DNA from: Hormiphora californensis
Taxonomy: Eukaryota > Animalia > Ctenophora
Assembly: GCA_020137815.1 (NCBI GenBank)
Contig: CM035359.1
Coordinates: 4,836,001 to 4,900,000, forward strand
Direction: 5' to 3'
DNA length: 64,000 nt
This document shows positions 59,273 to 64,000 of the stretch, one piece after another. Below the pieces are notes generated by a model that did not search any database, was not told the origin of the DNA, and was given only the letters and a program-made list of their open reading frames with translations. The position numbers were made by a program, and so were the translations under genes. The first letter of the stretch is position 1. Each line of letters opens with the position of its first letter.

Positions 59273-60860
59273 ATGTTTGTTCGGCTAGCCCTGATTGGCC
59301 AGAGAAATCTTTCTATCGAGGATTGTCTGACTCATGAACTTACTTTCCGTCCTTTGGCCTTGTTCGATATCAATGGACACATGAGAGATCGTAACAAGAG
59401 TAACTTCGGCCGGATCTTAAAGGACCGCCTCGAGTACGCCTCAGAACGACCTGACCCAATCGTGATCATTATAGATGGAGGATGCCTTCTCTGGCAGGTT
59501 GGTACCTTTCCACTTGATCTAAGATAAGCCTCCTGTGACTTGCTGATCAGCCCCTTCTGTTTTAGGTACCCTGGAAGCCGGGAGATACTTACGCAGACTT
59601 TGGAGACGCTTTAGCACAAAAAATTTTTGGCATGATAACAGGTACCATTAGTAACATTGATATTCTTTATTAATATTATTATTATTATATTATATATATT
59701 ATGGGTTAAACTAACATAAAACTTCCTCAGGTTCTACTTCTACTGTTGTCCTTGTCCTTGACGGCTATAATCACTCAACCAAGGATCTCGAACATGAAAG
59801 TCGAAAAAAGTACTCCTGTGCCACCCATGCCGTTGATGGAGACAAGAAAATTCCGGTCAGGCAGAGTCAGTTTTTTTCGAACAGCGACAATAAGGAGAAT
59901 TTGATTTGTTTCCTGATTCCATGGTTGAAGGACTCGTTGATCTTCAAAAGTACAGGCCTTAACCTTGTTATCAGGAAGGGTCAGAGAGATGCAGACACTT
60001 TATTGGTAAATGCGGTAAAGGAGTACTGCGAGAAGACATCAGGGCCTGTACTGGTCCACGGAACGGATACAGATCTCCTCATACTGATGCTTTATCATTG
60101 TCCCTCTTTCCCCGACCTTTACTACAATGAGATCAAAGTAAGCAACGTTTGGGCACAGATATCGGACAATGAGAGGAAGGTCTTTCTGCTTGCATATTGC
60201 TTTTCTGGTGTCGACACAACTAGTAGCTTGTTCGGGAAGAGCAAGGGGCAAATACTCAAGTTGTTCAGCTCAAACAGCGAAATCAGGGATATCATTGTAC
60301 CTGCTTTTTTGAACCGAAGAACTCCCATTCAACGAATTGATGAACTTGGTGTGCGGCTGATGCGTCTTGTTTATGGAAAGAACGCGGAAGTTAGTTTGAA
60401 TCACATGAGAGTTGAAATATACAACAAGCAGTGCTCGATAGGACAAATCAATCCCAAGCGATTACCGCCAACTGAAGATGCTTCCATCTACCATGGGAGG
60501 AGGGTCTTCCAGCAGTGTTGTGAATGGGTGTCTCTGAACCCTGAACTTCCAGGAACACCACATGGGTGGTGTTGGGATAGAGACAGTGGGATGTACTTGC
60601 CGATTTATACGAGTCTCCCAATGGCACCTCCTGAGCTGGAGGTCTTTGTTTCTTGTAATTGTGAAGGGAAAGATTCCCCCTGTTGTTCCAACAACAGATG
60701 TACGTGTTACAAGAATGGTGTTAAATGTATTCCTTCTGTTTGTGGACACTGCTCTGTTGGCGGAAACTGTCAAAACCTTCCAATATTAACTACCGAGGCC
60801 GAGGCCGAGGCCGAGGCCGAGGTTGGAGATGGACTAGAAGAAATCGACAATGATGAGTGA
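59273..60860 (+). CDS. Academ-transposon-type XPG/PIN nuclease plus Cys-rich (CXC/Cys8) protein, ~476 aa, 3 exons, no DDE domain visible
   Basis: Exons 59273-59497, 59566-59641, 59731-60860 in phase. HEL..PLALFD..MR..NKS; IIDGG..L..VPW; LDGY..STKD.EH; NKENLI; DADT; GTDTDLL; FSGVDTTS; LPPT..H..R..Q..W; CNC..C..RCTC....C..C..C..CQN. Confidence 0.8.
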
Positions 60861-60884
60861 ACTTCGAACCAAAAGTAATAGACA

Positions 60885-61110
60885 TTGTAACCAAATGTGA
60901 CATGGCCGTTTTAACCAATTGTGTAATCGAACTTCTTTACCAAATGTGACATGTGTATTTTAAATTTTAACTAATTTTGAAATCAAACTTTTTTACCAAA
61001 TGTGAGATGTGTATTTAAAATTTTAACTAATTGTGTAATCGAACTTTTTTACCAAATGTGACATGTGTATTTTAAATTTTAACTAATTGTGTGTACCAAA
61101 TGTGACTCTT
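60885..61110. repeat. ~56-bp AT-rich tandem repeat downstream of the Academ-like gene
   Basis: ACCAAATGTGACATG recurring. Confidence 0.8.
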
Positions 61111-61874
61111 TTAAGCTAACCAAAAGGTTAAATTTAATTTATTAATCAAAATTATTTATATTTATTATATTTAATATTATTATTTTAAATTGCCGAGTTT
61201 CACTACAGCTACCCAACGTCTCTACAATCTATACTACTATACCCTAAAATCTACCTACAATTTACCCTTTCCCTTCAATACCCATATCCATGACGCCTTA
61301 TGACCAATTAACCAATTATCTCATTAGCAGATGGTTATATAATGGTTTTAACCTGTTCTACCCCCACTAACACGATGATTCCGGTCGAAATATGTCTTTT
61401 TCTGGGTTAAAAACTCCAATTTTTACGATTTTTCGATAATTAGGCGACTAATTATGTAATTATCTCATTAGCAAATGGTTTAATCATAAATTTGACATGC
61501 TCTACCCCCACTAACACGATGTTTCCGGTCGGGGTAGACATTTTTTCCTGGTCCAAAACTCCAATTATTACGATTTTTGGGTACCCCCCCACAGCTCAGC
61601 ACTTGACGCGCATGCACATAAACCCGGAAATGGACCCTCTGCCCTTCAGCCCGAGCCGGACAAAACTTTTTGGTGTTTCTAGGGACCATTTGGGATACAT
61701 TGGTGAAGGAATTGGCTGGTTCGATTTTTTTTCCAATTCACAAGCCCCCTGCCCCTAACTACCGTTGCAAACTCTTTGAAGCAGCTCATTGCCCATTTCA
61801 AAACAAAAATATGAAGTCAATGTAAAAACTTTCCCACTTGTACCTCGTGGCTACGGCTTGAAAACAATTCAGCG

Positions 61875-64000
61875 TTATACATTTAGTTCAATTCCACTGG
61901 GATCCCTATCCAAGTCAAGCTTGTCTTCATCAGGAGATTCCGATTTTTTGACCTCTTTTACTTTCACTCTGAATGATTAGACCGGATGTTGGTATTCAAT
62001 CACCTTGGCAAAGCATTTGAACCATTATATCGAATGAGATTTCGGGGAGGGGAGATTTCTTTGTTTTGTGAGTGTCGGGTCTGGGAAACCTTATCAAACT
62101 ATCGCGACTTTCGTCAATGCGATATATCGTCGACACCACGAGTGCTCGTGAGTGAGGGGAGTGTGGATATTTCTTACTTTTCTGTTCCAGGTTTTGGTAG
62201 CTGGCACTTGTAACAGTCCGTTCGGCGGGAATAGTTGAGACCTCTGCAGGATGGACAAGTCCATTCGCCCGGTTGGAGGGCCCTACCTTCCTTCAGCAGC
62301 GGCTGAGAGTGGAAGAAATTTATAAAAGATACATCGAACCTCGATGCCCCGAACCCCAGTAAATCGAAGTTTTACTATGATCTAGTAGAGCAATCATGCA
62401 CTATTTACTATCAAGTAAATCTTGTATGTACTATGTATTCATTAGTCAGAACTCACGTCGACTTCCATACGGGCTCCATCGCACTTGTAACACTTGACTC
62501 GTCGGGGAAAGTTGTTCACCTTACACTTCCCGCAAATCCATTCGCCAGGCTTCACTGAAAGAAGATAATATAATATGTATTATATATATACCAAAACTAA
62601 TTGAAATTAGTAGGCCGGAAAGGTTGCCCTATGATTTGAGCTACCTTTGCCACCGTAACATTCACGGGGTACAGACAGGGTATAACCGATGCTTCTTCTG
62701 TCTTCACAAGGGAATGTACTGGTGCCAAAGGTAGCTCAAATCATAGGGCAACCTTTCCGGCCTACTAATTTCAATTAGTTTTGGTATAATTTGCATCATT
62801 TTTGGGATTTTTTATCCATTTAGATGTAGTAGAACAGGTAAGGAGATGATGGAATCGCGAATTTGCAAAATTTTCATTTTTGACGTCATTTTGACGTCAT
62901 AAAATGACGTCACGTCGTTATGACGTCATAATGATGACGTCATATCATCGGGATTACCTAGATGAAGATACTGACCAAGTTTGAGATCAATTGGATGAGA
63001 TTTGAGTCCGCTATGGCGAAAAAACCCATATCGTCATATCTATTTTTAAACAGTCATAACACTTTAGACGCGTTTTAAGACCCTTATACGTTTAGTTTTG
63101 AAAATTCGCCATATAGTTTCTGAAAGTTCAGACAATTCTCTTTCCATGATATAGTCTTCGATTTTCGATTAGAATCCGTCTTCAGGGTGTAAATTGAGCT
63201 CAAAGAATTTTGGTCAGAGTCTGAAAAATGACGACTTTAAGACGTTCTGTAGGACGTTCCTGAGGATGATGGAAAACCTCACCCCGCTAATAACACAATA
63301 ATTGAGTAGATCTACAAGCTTGTGAAAACGAGAAGTCTCTATCTCTTTCCGTTCGTTCAGAATCGTGTTCAAAAAAAGCGTCTCTCCTATGCGCGCGCGC
63401 GCGCGCGCGCGTGTCCGTTACACTGAATCTATAGCAAATGGGACCAGTCTGTAACTTCGGACCCAGATGAGATAGAGACTTCAAATTTTTAACATAAGTC
63501 AAAGACCCCAAGCCGGGTATTCATTCCAAATTTCAAGTCAAACCGATGAAAGAGAGCCACGCTATAGCCTTTTGAAATCCGGCTTTTTCAGCCAAACACC
63601 CATAAAACGTATAACTGCGTTTCTGGCAGCGCTTTTGGGGGGGGGGGAATGGCAACCTTTGCGCTTGCCAGCGCAGTGACTGGGCGTTTACTGTTTAGCC
63701 GAGAAAAGTGTGCGTTCGCGAACCTAACCAATCGGATCCTAGATCCTAATACTCTAAATCTAAATTTCAGTAACTTTAATTGTGAATATATTCATCGGGC
63801 TACTTACATGGTTTCCGAGGGGGTCCCATATCAGCATTTCCACGACCAGGGGGAGGAGGCCTTTCAGCCATTCCACGACCAGGGCCCCTCATGGGCGGCG
63901 GGGATCTCCCTCGCAGGGGCGATCTTTCTCGAGGCCCTCCATACGGTACCCTGTTGTAAGGGCCCTCAAAGGATCGCTGGCCATGAGGTGGTCTGTCTCG
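61875..64000 (-). CDS. RNA-binding protein with an R/G/P-rich region and two RanBP2-type zinc fingers (3' part; 5' end outside window)
   Basis: Exons 64000-63808, 62554-62457, 62302-62178, 61968-61875 in phase. RERSPLRGRSPPPMRGPGRG; KPGEWICGKCKVNNFPRRVKCYKC; QPGEWTCPSCRGLNYSRRTDCYKC. Confidence 0.85.
62587..63679 (+). mobile_element. HINE/DINE-1-like element, copy 2, in an intron of the RanBP2-finger gene
   Basis: Reverse-complement match to 5431-6530 over the full length with scattered substitutions. Confidence 0.65.

Overview
Eukaryotic, intron-rich, repeat-rich animal DNA. The gene and repeat style suggests a ctenophore of the Pleurobrachia/Hormiphora type; this is inference only. I assembled phase-consistent spliced models by hand for the following: thioredoxin-like 3' exons; orphan PTB/Fe65-like 3' exons; a USF bHLH-ZIP gene; a 10-exon astacin-TSP1 protease spanning 22.5 kb; two novel single-TM genes; an intronless Gemin5; an intron-containing Academ-type XPG/PIN-Cys8 gene; and the 3' part of a RanBP2-zinc-finger RNA-binding gene. 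The astacin introns host an intronless LDLa-7TM GPCR (antisense), a complete pyridoxal kinase gene (same strand) and a young Gypsy LTR element that sits inside a DNA transposon. Most notable patterns: (1) genes nested inside genes; (2) an AG acceptor a few bases before almost every ATG, suggesting SL trans-splicing; (3) minisatellites whose repeat units are copies of the adjacent splice site; (4) an array of USF-type E-boxes inside the USF gene that also reads as an in-phase terminal exon; (5) an astacin with Thr at the Met-turn. All exon models are manual and have no transcript support.
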